64,000 nt of DNA, taken from positions 51,456-115,455 of the forward strand of contig JAYFPG010000022.1 in the NCBI GenBank assembly GCA_034928085.1. Direction: 5' to 3'. Position numbers and translations under genes: made by a program. Position 1 is the first letter of the stretch. Each line of letters starts with the position of its first letter. This stretch comes from Paludibacter sp. (GTDB lineage: Bacteria > Bacteroidota > Bacteroidia > Bacteroidales > Paludibacteraceae). Under the pieces are notes generated by a model, which was not told the DNA's origin, made no database searches, and saw only the letters and a list, made by a program, of their open reading frames with translations. Positions 39,452-47,047 of the stretch are shown here, piece by piece.

Positions 39452-39641
39452 ACAAAAGGCACAAAAGGAAGACTAAGGAAACACAAAAGACAATTATTTT
39501 AATCGATTTTGCTGTTTATTTACTCATTCCATTTTATCCATATGTGATATTAGTTTTTAGTCTTTATTATTGATTCAGTTTTTATTAAATTATTACAGAA
39601 AAACTTTTGTGTTTCATTAGTCTTCCTTTTGTGCCTTTTGT
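39452..39641. mobile_element. MITE-like element with 38-bp terminal inverted repeats
   Basis: 39452-39489 acaaaaggcacaaaaggaagactaaggaaacacaaaag is the reverse complement of 39604-39641 with one mismatch; AT-rich 114-bp interior. Confidence 0.7.
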
Positions 39642-40798
39642 TGTTCATGAAGAATTCTTTGTAATGCCTCCGCCAACATTCCCTCCGGACAACACAGCGA
39701 TATGCGCACATACCGTTTACCCTTGTCACCAAAAATGAACCCGGGGGTGATAAAAACATTTTTTCCGTACAGTATTTCATCTGCCAGTTCTCCTGAATCT
39801 TTGTATTTCTCAGGAATTTTAGCCCAGATGAACAAGCCTACCTGTTTGGTGTCGTACGCACAACCCAGTGTATCCATGATTTGTAAAGCCAATATGCGTC
39901 TTTTGGCGTAGACAGCATTCATTTCATCGTGCCATGCTTTCGTGTTTTGCAGGGCTTTAGTTGCAGCCACCATCATAGGCTTGTACATCCCTGAGTCAAC
40001 ATTCGACTTTACTTTCAGTATCCACTGTATAAATTCGGCATTGGTTGCCAGCATTGCCATACGCCATCCGGCCATGTTATGCGATTTGCTCATGGAGTTC
40101 AGTTCGATGCAGATATCTTTAGCGCCGGGAACTGAAAGGATGCTCAATTTATCATCATTGAGAATGAAACTGTAAGGATTGTCGTTACAGATAACTATGC
40201 TGTGCTTTTGTCCGAATGCGACCAATTTTTCAAACAGCTCCATGCTGCCATTGGCGCCGGTCGGCATATTCGGGTAATTCACCCACATGAGTTTAACGTT
40301 TGACAAATCCATTTGTTCGAGCGCCTCGAAATCGGGTTGCCAGTTGTTTTTTTCATCCAAATCATAACTGATGATATTTGCTTCGCAGATGCGACTGGCT
40401 GATGTGTAAGTCGGGTAACCCGGGTTGGGTACCAATACGCTTTCCCCGGGGTTTACAAATGCTAAGGTGATGTGCAGGATACCTTCCTTGGAACCGATAA
40501 GCGGTTGTATTTCGGTCGCGGGATTTAATTCTACACCGTACCATTGTTTGTACCAGGCAGCAAAACCGTTGCGTAACTCCGGTATGCCTACATAACTCTG
40601 GTAACCATGTGTATCTGGTTTTTGAGCTTCGGCACAGAGTGCTGCTATTGTCTCTGCGGATGGCGGCAGATCCGGATTTCCTATCCCCAGGTTAATAACC
40701 TTTTTTCCTGCTGCATTCATTTCAGCCACTTCCCGCAACTTTTGCGAGAAATAATATTCTGAAACAGTATTTAATCTATTGGCGGGTTTGATGTTCAT
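39617..40798 (-). CDS. PLP-dependent class I/II aminotransferase (probably aromatic/prephenate, from context)
   Basis: NLGIGNPD, NPGYPTY, NYPNMPTG, DNPY, SMSKSHNMAGWR, GFIFG...YVRISL; lies between pheA and aroF. Confidence 0.88.
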   Translation of the reverse strand: MNIKPANRLNTVSEYYFSQKLREVAEMNAAGKKVINLGIGNPDLPPSAETIAALCAEAQKPDTHGYQSYVGIPELRNGFAAWYKQWYGVELNPATEIQPLIGSKEGILHITLAFVNPGESVLVPNPGYPTYTSASRICEANIISYDLDEKNNWQPDFEALEQMDLSNVKLMWVNYPNMPTGANGSMELFEKLVAFGQKHSIVICNDNPYSFILNDDKLSILSVPGAKDICIELNSMSKSHNMAGWRMAMLATNAEFIQWILKVKSNVDSGMYKPMMVAATKALQNTKAWHDEMNAVYAKRRILALQIMDTLGCAYDTKQVGLFIWAKIPEKYKDSGELADEILYGKNVFITPGFIFGDKGKRYVRISLCCPEGMLAEALQRILHEQQKAQKED

Positions 40799-40859
40799 TT
40801 GTTATTATGTCTTTTTTCCTTTTATGATGAATGCTATAATTATTTGGAAAAAACATTGT

Positions 40860-40906
40860 GCGCAAGCATTGCGCCCCTACAGTTATTCACTATTCGCTAT
40901 TCGCTA
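40860..40906 (-). repeat. GTAG-type REP-like palindrome plus heptamer tandem repeat
   Basis: Minus strand reads TAGCGAA-TAGCGAA-TAGTGAA-TA (40884-40906), then GTAG-GGGCGCAA-TGC-TTGCGC (40860-40880). Confidence 0.55.
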
Positions 40907-41746
40907 CTCCGGCGTCTTTCCTTCCTGATACTCGCCCAACAATTGAAAATCCTTCAATAACGGCCTGACAGCATCCAACGATTGACGGTAACGTTCGTAA
41001 TTGTCAAAAGTCAGGCTGATGTAAAACTGGTATTCCCATTCTCTTCCAACAATGGGCAGGGATTGAATCTTGGTCAGGTTTACGCGGTAAAACGACAAGA
41101 TCGAAAGCACTTTGGCCAGACTTCCTTCTTCGTGTGGAAGTGTGAATACCATTGATGATTTGTTTAGTTTGATATGCTGAATCATTTTTTCAGCCAGTTC
41201 TGGTGCAGCTACAATCAGAAAACGGGTAAAATTCCGTTTGTTTGTCTCAATTTCATCCGCGATGATTTCAAGCCCGTATTTCTCAGCGGCAAACCTGCTA
41301 CAAATGGCTGCTCTTCCCATGATGTTGTTTTCTGCAATTTCTTTAGCTGAAAGGGCGGTGTCATCACTTTCCACTGCCCTCAGGTGATGATGCTTATCAA
41401 TAAATTCCTCACATTGCATCAGGGCAATGGGATGGGAGTGTACCTCCTTTATATCATTGATACTTTGTCCGGGCATCGCGGCAAGTGTATGGGAAATCCG
41501 GAGTTTATGCTCCCCGATAATTACATTTCCGCTTTCTTTTAAAAGATTGTGGTTCTGCAGTAAGCTTCCGGCTATGGTGTTCTCTATGGCAACAATCCCG
41601 AGAAGTTCAGGGTCTTCAGCCATTTTGCTGAAAACATCTCTGAATGTTACACAGGGTTCAATCTCAATCGCTTCAGCTTTGAAGAATTCCCGCGCTGCAA
41701 TTTCATGAAATGCACCACTTACACCTTGTATTGCTATTCTTTTCAT
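40904..41746 (-). CDS. pheA: Prephenate dehydratase (PDT + ACT domain)
   Basis: IAIQGVSGAFH, IENTIAG, SHPIALMQC, NFTRFL, LTKIQSLP. Confidence 0.93.
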   Translation of the reverse strand: MKRIAIQGVSGAFHEIAAREFFKAEAIEIEPCVTFRDVFSKMAEDPELLGIVAIENTIAGSLLQNHNLLKESGNVIIGEHKLRISHTLAAMPGQSINDIKEVHSHPIALMQCEEFIDKHHHLRAVESDDTALSAKEIAENNIMGRAAICSRFAAEKYGLEIIADEIETNKRNFTRFLIVAAPELAEKMIQHIKLNKSSMVFTLPHEEGSLAKVLSILSFYRVNLTKIQSLPIVGREWEYQFYISLTFDNYERYRQSLDAVRPLLKDFQLLGEYQEGKTPE

Positions 41747-41759
41747 ACTTGTTGATATT

Positions 41760-41793
41760 AAAAAAAATCCTGCTCATTTTGTTGAGCAGGATT
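41760..41793 (-). terminator. Attenuator terminator in the pheA leader
   Basis: Minus strand AATCCTGCTCA-ACAAAA-TGAGCAGGATT-TTTTTT, perfect 11-bp stem, ending 14 nt before the pheA start. Confidence 0.85.
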
Positions 41794-41842
41794 CTATTCG
41801 TGTATCTTTTTATTATTAATAGTACATACAATTATCCTGCTC

Positions 41843-41893
41843 TCACCTTTTAAAGTAAAAGTAAAAATAAAAGTATGTAAAAAATCGTGTCAT
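41843..41893 (-). CDS. pheL: Phe/Tyr-rich leader peptide MTRFFTYFYFYFYFKR
   Basis: Manual translation ATG(41893)...TGA(41843): 6 Phe and 4 Tyr in 16 codons; antiterminator arm GAGCAGGAT (41834-41842) directly after the stop. Confidence 0.85.
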   Translation of the reverse strand: MTRFFTYFYFYFYFKR

Positions 41894-41912
41894 TTTCGTT
41901 TTGTTTTCGATG

Positions 41913-41920
41913 CAAAAGTA
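41913..41920 (-). promoter_or_regulatory. -7 element (TACTTTTG) of the phe leader promoter
   Basis: TAnnTTTG consensus, 20 bp upstream of the leader ATG. Confidence 0.65.
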
Positions 41921-42092
41921 ATACTTTTTCAATAAACTGCAATTTTTTCTGAAAATATTTTTTCTATTGTGGGTTCATACGGTGAATTATGCAATTTATC
42001 TATGCCTGAAATTTCAGAAAAAAGTACTTTTGGACTCAAAACACCTCAAAAGCCCTCTGTTTAAAAGGCTTTCAGTAGATTTTATTAAAAAT

Positions 42093-42136
42093 CTAACAAA
42101 GTTTTATCAAAGTTCTAACAAAGTTCTAACAAAAAA
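42093..42136. repeat. Four 11-bp tandem direct repeats (ctaacaaagtt consensus)
   Basis: ctaacaaagtt ttatcaaagtt ctaacaaagtt ctaacaaaaaa. Confidence 0.75.
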
Positions 42137-42176
42137 TGATGAAATATTAACAAAACATTACACCGTTTGACATTAT

Positions 42177-42692
42177 TTAACGCGAAAAAAGTGATAATTT
42201 TTTTATCGGAGCAAAAATTCTTTCAATTAATCTCCGGTTTTCGGTGATAATTTCTGCAGTTGCCGACAAATTTCCACTCATTTGCAGCTCCTTTTTGCTA
42301 CTTGTCACTAATTTCTCACCAATTTGTACCTCCACGAGGTAGCTTCCACGTTCCTGTGTCGGTGAAATTTGTCGGGTAATACCATTGATATGTCCAAACT
42401 CCAGGTAGGGATAAGCAGTCATTTTCAGGATTACCTGTTGACCTGACTGAATCTTACCCGCTCCGCTTGCAGGGACTTCTACGAGTGCAATCCATTCATT
42501 GTTAGTGTTTTGTATAGATGCTTCACCGCTTATAATGTCAGGGTAATTGAAAAAGAAACTGCCGGCAATGAGGATGGCCAGAATGGCACAGATAACGGAT
42601 GTTCCGTATCGGATGAGCGCCTTCGGTGGCCTGGCTAAGATTTCCTGTACCTCCCGACTCCTGAGTTCTATATTATTGCCTTCCGGATTCAT
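42177..42692 (-). CDS. Short HlyD-like adaptor lacking the central coiled-coil
   Basis: ELRSREVQEIL.RPP..LIR.G + TM + YPDIISGE N-terminus, joined directly to the GKIQSGQ.V...PYLEFG...AEIITE.RRLIERI C-terminal barrel; only 171 aa. Confidence 0.78.
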   Translation of the reverse strand: MNPEGNNIELRSREVQEILARPPKALIRYGTSVICAILAILIAGSFFFNYPDIISGEASIQNTNNEWIALVEVPASGAGKIQSGQQVILKMTAYPYLEFGHINGITRQISPTQERGSYLVEVQIGEKLVTSSKKELQMSGNLSATAEIITENRRLIERIFAPIKKLSLFSR

Positions 42693-42708
42693 GTCTTTTT
42701 ATATTCTC

Positions 42709-44928
42709 TTACAGTTCAAGTTGGTTCTTAACTAAATGATAATAAGCGCCTTTCTTCTTTGTGAGACTTTCATGGGTTCCTGTTTCAACAATTTCCCCAT
42801 TGTCAAGCACCACGATTTGATCTGCATTTTTCACGGTGCTGAGCCTATGTGCAATTACGACGGATGTCCTGCCTTCGAAGAATCTGCCTAAGTTGTCCAT
42901 GATGATTTTCTCATTGTTCGTGTCCAATGCGTTGGTTGCTTCATCTAAAAACACGAACTCCGGATTCTTGTAAATTGCTCTGGCAATGAGGATTCTCTGC
43001 TTCTGACCCTGACTGAGCGCATGTCCTTCAGATCCAATTTTAGTATCGTATTTTGATGATAAAGTTTCGATGAAGGGTCTGATATTGGCCGTATTAACTG
43101 CGTTCAACAGCCTGTCTTTGTCTATTTCTTCGTCACCTGGTGCAATATTCCTTGCTATACTGTCGGTAAAGATGTATCCTTCCTGCATCACTACACCACA
43201 ATTTTTTCTCCATTCACGCATGTTGTAGTGTGATAAACTGTTGCTGCCCAGGAATATATGTCCCTGTTGTGGTTTGTAAAACCCCAGCAGGAGTTTCATC
43301 ATGGTAGTTTTACCACTTCCACTCATTCCCACAATGGCAGTCTGTTTCCCGGAGGGAATATGAAGGTTTATGTTTTTTAAAACGGGTTTTCCTGCTGAGG
43401 TTGTATCGTAAGCAAATGTCAGATTGTGGATTATAATGTCCTGTTTATCAGGGATGTTGTGGATCTGATCCGGATTATCTTCATCTTCATTGTCTTTGGT
43501 ATAAACCTCGCTGAGCCTTTCGATGCTAAGGCGTGCATCCTGTGACTCCCGGTAGAAGTGGATCAACTGATCAATTGGGCTATTTAGCTGGCCCAGAATG
43601 TATTGTACAGAGAGCATCATCCCCAAACTCATGTTTCCGTCAATCACAAACTTGGCAACTAAGGCAGTAATGATGATGTTTTTGGTTTGATTGATAAAAA
43701 TCGCTCCGGAATCCTGATACTGACTTAAAGCCAAACCTTTGATCCTCAGCTTGAAGAGTTTGGCCTGTATTCTTTCCCATTCCCATCTTTTCTGTTGTTC
43801 GCAGGCGTTCAGTTTGATTTCCTGCATGCCGGTAATAAGCTGAATTACATTGCTTTGATTAGCTGCTTGTTGTGCGAAGTTTTTGTGGTCGAGTGTTTCT
43901 CTTTTCTTCATAAACAGACTTACCCAAAAGAAATACAGGAGACTCCCCACTAAGAAAATCAGGAAAATTGTTACATTGTAAAACAAGAGTATTAAGGTGA
44001 ATATCACAATGTTAAACAGCCCAAACAGGATGTTCAGGGTAGAGTTTGTTAGGTAATTCTGAATGCGGGTATGGTCACCCATGCGTTGTAACAGATCACC
44101 GGTCATTTTGGTGTCGAAATAGCCCATGGGCAACCGCATCAGCTTAGCCAGAAAATCGGAAATCACCGAAATGTTGACGCGGGTTCCTATGTGCAATAGT
44201 ATCCAACCCCTGATGAATTCAACGGTTGAGGCGCTAAACACCAGAACTAACTGAGCAATCAGGACAAGATATATATAGCCTATGTTTTGTGCTGAGATTC
44301 CGAAATCTACTATAGACTGGGTGAGGAAGGGGAGTAAAAGTTGCAGCAGACTGCCAAAAAACAGTCCGAGAAACAACTGGAATATCAGTTTTTTGTAGGG
44401 TTTCAGGTAAGAAAAAAGAAATGAAAATCCTTTACTGGTATTGGTTTTGTCACTTTCTTTATTGAAAAACCCGGGAGTAGTTTCCAGCAGTAGGGCAATG
44501 CCTACATCTTCTCCGTCACTACGGGTGCTCAACCAGCAACGACAAAATTCTTCTTTGGTGTATTTCAGTTTTCCGGCTCCCGGATCTGCCACATAAATAA
44601 TATCTTTCCCGTTTTTTTCGCGGATGTCATAAACTACGACGAAATGTTGTTGGTTCCAGTGTACAATGCAGGGGAGGGGGGCTTCTTTCTTTAATTCTTC
44701 GAAGTTTACATAGACACCTACTGTACGGAAACCCAGTTTCTCAGCGGCTTCGCTGATGCCTAACAAGGAAACGCCTTCACGACTGAAGTGGGATTTTTCA
44801 CGGAGTCCTTCAAGGGAGTATTGCCTTCCATAGTGCGCTGCAATCATACGCAGGCAGGTCGGACCGCAATCCATGGCATCGTGTTGGTGGTAGAAGGGAA
44901 ATTTAGACATAGAGTTCATAATATTCAA
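42709..44928 (-). CDS. C39 peptidase-containing ABC transporter (PCAT; double-glycine peptide exporter)
   Basis: QHDAMDCGPTCL (catalytic Cys), HWNQQHFVV (His), VADP; TM domain; GMSGSGKT, LSQGQ, FLDEAT, IAHR. Confidence 0.95.
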   Translation of the reverse strand: MNIMNSMSKFPFYHQHDAMDCGPTCLRMIAAHYGRQYSLEGLREKSHFSREGVSLLGISEAAEKLGFRTVGVYVNFEELKKEAPLPCIVHWNQQHFVVVYDIREKNGKDIIYVADPGAGKLKYTKEEFCRCWLSTRSDGEDVGIALLLETTPGFFNKESDKTNTSKGFSFLFSYLKPYKKLIFQLFLGLFFGSLLQLLLPFLTQSIVDFGISAQNIGYIYLVLIAQLVLVFSASTVEFIRGWILLHIGTRVNISVISDFLAKLMRLPMGYFDTKMTGDLLQRMGDHTRIQNYLTNSTLNILFGLFNIVIFTLILLFYNVTIFLIFLVGSLLYFFWVSLFMKKRETLDHKNFAQQAANQSNVIQLITGMQEIKLNACEQQKRWEWERIQAKLFKLRIKGLALSQYQDSGAIFINQTKNIIITALVAKFVIDGNMSLGMMLSVQYILGQLNSPIDQLIHFYRESQDARLSIERLSEVYTKDNEDEDNPDQIHNIPDKQDIIIHNLTFAYDTTSAGKPVLKNINLHIPSGKQTAIVGMSGSGKTTMMKLLLGFYKPQQGHIFLGSNSLSHYNMREWRKNCGVVMQEGYIFTDSIARNIAPGDEEIDKDRLLNAVNTANIRPFIETLSSKYDTKIGSEGHALSQGQKQRILIARAIYKNPEFVFLDEATNALDTNNEKIIMDNLGRFFEGRTSVVIAHRLSTVKNADQIVVLDNGEIVETGTHESLTKKKGAYYHLVKNQLEL

Positions 44929-45032
44929 AGCGGCATAGCATAAAATCTCTTGATAATCAGTTGATTTCAGGAGGTTCTTGCAATAATGAATTATTGCTCG
45001 CTAAACCGCTTTAAAATTAGAGAATATTTTTG

Positions 45033-45143
45033 TTATACCCTAATTCTAATTCTTCTTCCGTCAGGTAATATGATATTTACATAATAACCACCTATGGTCT
45101 CATTTAATTGCTCAGGAGACATTTTTTTTAAATTTGTTTTCAT
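45033..45143 (-). CDS. Double-glycine-leader precursor peptide 3: MKTNLKKMSPEQLNETIGG-YYVNIILPDGRRIRIRV
   Basis: Manual translation; GG-leader pattern; homologous to peptides 1 and 2; immediately upstream of the PCAT. Confidence 0.85.
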   Translation of the reverse strand: MKTNLKKMSPEQLNETIGGYYVNIILPDGRRIRIRV

Positions 45144-45193
45144 CTTGTGTGTGTTTATTAGATAGATTGAAATAAAATCGTAGATTCATGAGT

Positions 45194-45304
45194 TTACACT
45201 CTAACTCTTACTACAGTACCATCAGGTAAAATGATATTTACATAATAACCACCTTTTGTCTCATTTAATTGTTCGGGAGACATATTTCTAAGATTTGTTT
45301 TCAT
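45194..45304 (-). CDS. Double-glycine-leader precursor peptide 2: MKTNLRNMSPEQLNETKGG-YYVNIILPDGTVVRVRV
   Basis: Manual translation; core identical in protein to peptide 1, with 4 synonymous codon differences. Confidence 0.87.
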   Translation of the reverse strand: MKTNLRNMSPEQLNETKGGYYVNIILPDGTVVRVRV

Positions 45305-45364
45305 TGTGTTTAATTTTTGTGTGTGTTAATGGATAAGTTTCTAATATGAAAGGGCTTTATGAGT

Positions 45365-45487
45365 TTATACCCTAACTCTTACTACAGTACCATCAGGTAA
45401 AATAATGTTTACATAATAGCCACCTTTAGAATCATTCAGTTGCTCAGTACTAAGTTTTCTGAATTTGTTTTCGTTAATTGTTTTCAT
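45365..45487 (-). CDS. Double-glycine-leader precursor peptide 1: MKTINENKFRKLSTEQLNDSKGG-YYVNIILPDGTVVRVRV
   Basis: Manual translation; LSTEQL...GG fits the LSxxELxxxxGG leader consensus. Confidence 0.87.
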   Translation of the reverse strand: MKTINENKFRKLSTEQLNDSKGGYYVNIILPDGTVVRVRV

Positions 45488-45537
45488 TGTTTTTATTATT
45501 AATTGGTTTGACATTCATATTGTTTTGTTTGACAATG

Positions 45538-45649
45538 CAATGTTAATACATTTATCTTTAATAAAAATGCTCAAAGTTTAACCAACTCTTCACTAAAGTT
45601 CTAAATAAAAGTCATTTGTTAGAAGTTTGATAAAAAAATTTTATCTTTG
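45538..45649. promoter_or_regulatory. Divergent promoter region between peptide operon and two-component system
   Basis: Imperfect -7 TAACATTG (minus, 45538-45545); aaagtt boxes 22 bp apart (45573, 45595); ttgttagaagtttgataaaa (45616-45635); -7 TATCTTTG (plus, 45642-45649). Confidence 0.55.
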
Positions 45650-45693
45650 TTGCGAATTATAATTCAGATTGTATTTATATTCATAACAATATC

Positions 45694-47040
45694 ATGTCAA
45701 CAAAAAACATCTCATATATTGCAATCATATCAATCATATTTATTCTGCTAACACAGAGTTATTTGGTTTATGATTACTTTCAAACAGTTCGTTTTGCGTT
45801 GATAAGGGAGTCTGATGCTATTTTGAAAGAAGCATTTAGAGGCGATTTGAATCAACGAAACCTGAAATATGTTAGTTTTACACAAATAAAAGAGGGCTCA
45901 GAATCAACGGTTGTCAATACAGAAAAAAATGAAATTGATTTTGACATGCGTGAAAATTCAATGGATAAAGAAAGTATATTGAACAAGTTTGACATTGTGA
46001 TGCATGTTTTTATTAGTAAAGTAATACCGCTTGATTTACATAGAATTGATAGCATAACGGGTCAGATTCTTCGTTCACGAAATATCAATTCAGATTATTC
46101 AATCCAACTGATAAACCCTAAAACCCAAGAAGTATTAGCAAGTTCAAAAGATTATGCCAGCAGTTCTTTTCTTGTGATACCTTCACAATTATATCCGCTT
46201 GATTTTGAGGAAAAGGAAGCATTACAGTTGGTTCTGATTAATCCTTTTTCAGAGATTATGAAGCGAATGGCGCTCATGTTACTGGGTTCGATTGTGTTTT
46301 CAGTAATTTCGTTGCTGGCTTTCAGGTTCCTGATTATAACATTAGCCAAACAAAAGAAGTTGGTGAAGTTTAAAAATGAGTTTTTAAGTAATATTGCCCA
46401 CGAATTAAAACGTCCTGTTTCGAGCCTGATTGTGAATTTAGATTGCCTAAAAGAGCCCGAAATGTTCGAAAATGTTGGTATGCGCGATATGATGTTGAAT
46501 AATTCGGTGAACTCCCTGACAGAGCTGAATGGAACCATCAGTATGATTGTAGGTTTGGCAAAGGTGGAAGAAGGCTTGCTGGTGCTGAACAAGCTGCCTG
46601 TTAACCTCGTTAAACTCATAGATGATCTGAAGACGAGGTTCATCAGTTCTCTTACCAAGAAAATAACAATAACTACTCATTACGAAGCGGATGAGATTAT
46701 CGTGACCGGAGATGGGTTGATGTTGACACAATGTTTTGCCAATTTAATTGATAATTCAATCAAATATTCAAAACAACAGGTTAGTGTTGATATTAGTGTG
46801 TCGGTGCACGCGAATGCAGTAGAATTGAATTTTAAAGATAATGGTATTGGTATACCAGCAGAAAAGATAAACAATATTTTTGAAAAGTACTCGCGGGTTG
46901 ATAACAATGTTAAAGTCAATGGTTTCGGAATCGGACTCAATTATGTGAAAACAATTATTGAGAAACATGGAGGAAGCATTGGGGTAACCAGTGAATTGGG
47001 TGTGGGTTCTAACTTTAAAATAATTTTGCCAAATAAATAA
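45694..47040 (+). CDS. Membrane sensor histidine kinase (2 TM, periplasmic sensor, HisKA-HATPase)
   Basis: NIAHELKRP (H box), NLIDNSIKYS (N), KDNGIGI (G1), GFGIGL (G2). Confidence 0.94.
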   Translation: MSTKNISYIAIISIIFILLTQSYLVYDYFQTVRFALIRESDAILKEAFRGDLNQRNLKYVSFTQIKEGSESTVVNTEKNEIDFDMRENSMDKESILNKFDIVMHVFISKVIPLDLHRIDSITGQILRSRNINSDYSIQLINPKTQEVLASSKDYASSSFLVIPSQLYPLDFEEKEALQLVLINPFSEIMKRMALMLLGSIVFSVISLLAFRFLIITLAKQKKLVKFKNEFLSNIAHELKRPVSSLIVNLDCLKEPEMFENVGMRDMMLNNSVNSLTELNGTISMIVGLAKVEEGLLVLNKLPVNLVKLIDDLKTRFISSLTKKITITTHYEADEIIVTGDGLMLTQCFANLIDNSIKYSKQQVSVDISVSVHANAVELNFKDNGIGIPAEKINNIFEKYSRVDNNVKVNGFGIGLNYVKTIIEKHGGSIGVTSELGVGSNFKIILPNK

Positions 47041-47047
47041 GACACAA

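Noticed and set aside
39550-39780. Minus-strand 76-aa ORF spanning the aminotransferase end and the MITE
   Set aside because: Overlaps a real gene in another frame and reads through the inverted repeat; no transposase or GxxExxY-like motifs could be recognised.
41967-42170. Plus-strand 67-aa ORF
   Set aside because: It is a translation of the AT-rich 11-bp repeat region, with no recognisable domain and an opposite orientation to all neighbours.
45033-45487. Three ~170-bp tandem repeats as a CRISPR array or non-coding repeat
   Set aside because: Units are too long, have no unique spacers and no cas genes are present; each unit is an intact ORF whose core differences are mostly synonymous.
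46152-46658. 168-aa minus-strand ORF and other short ORFs within the kinase gene
   Set aside because: Antisense shadows of the histidine kinase; no domain signal.
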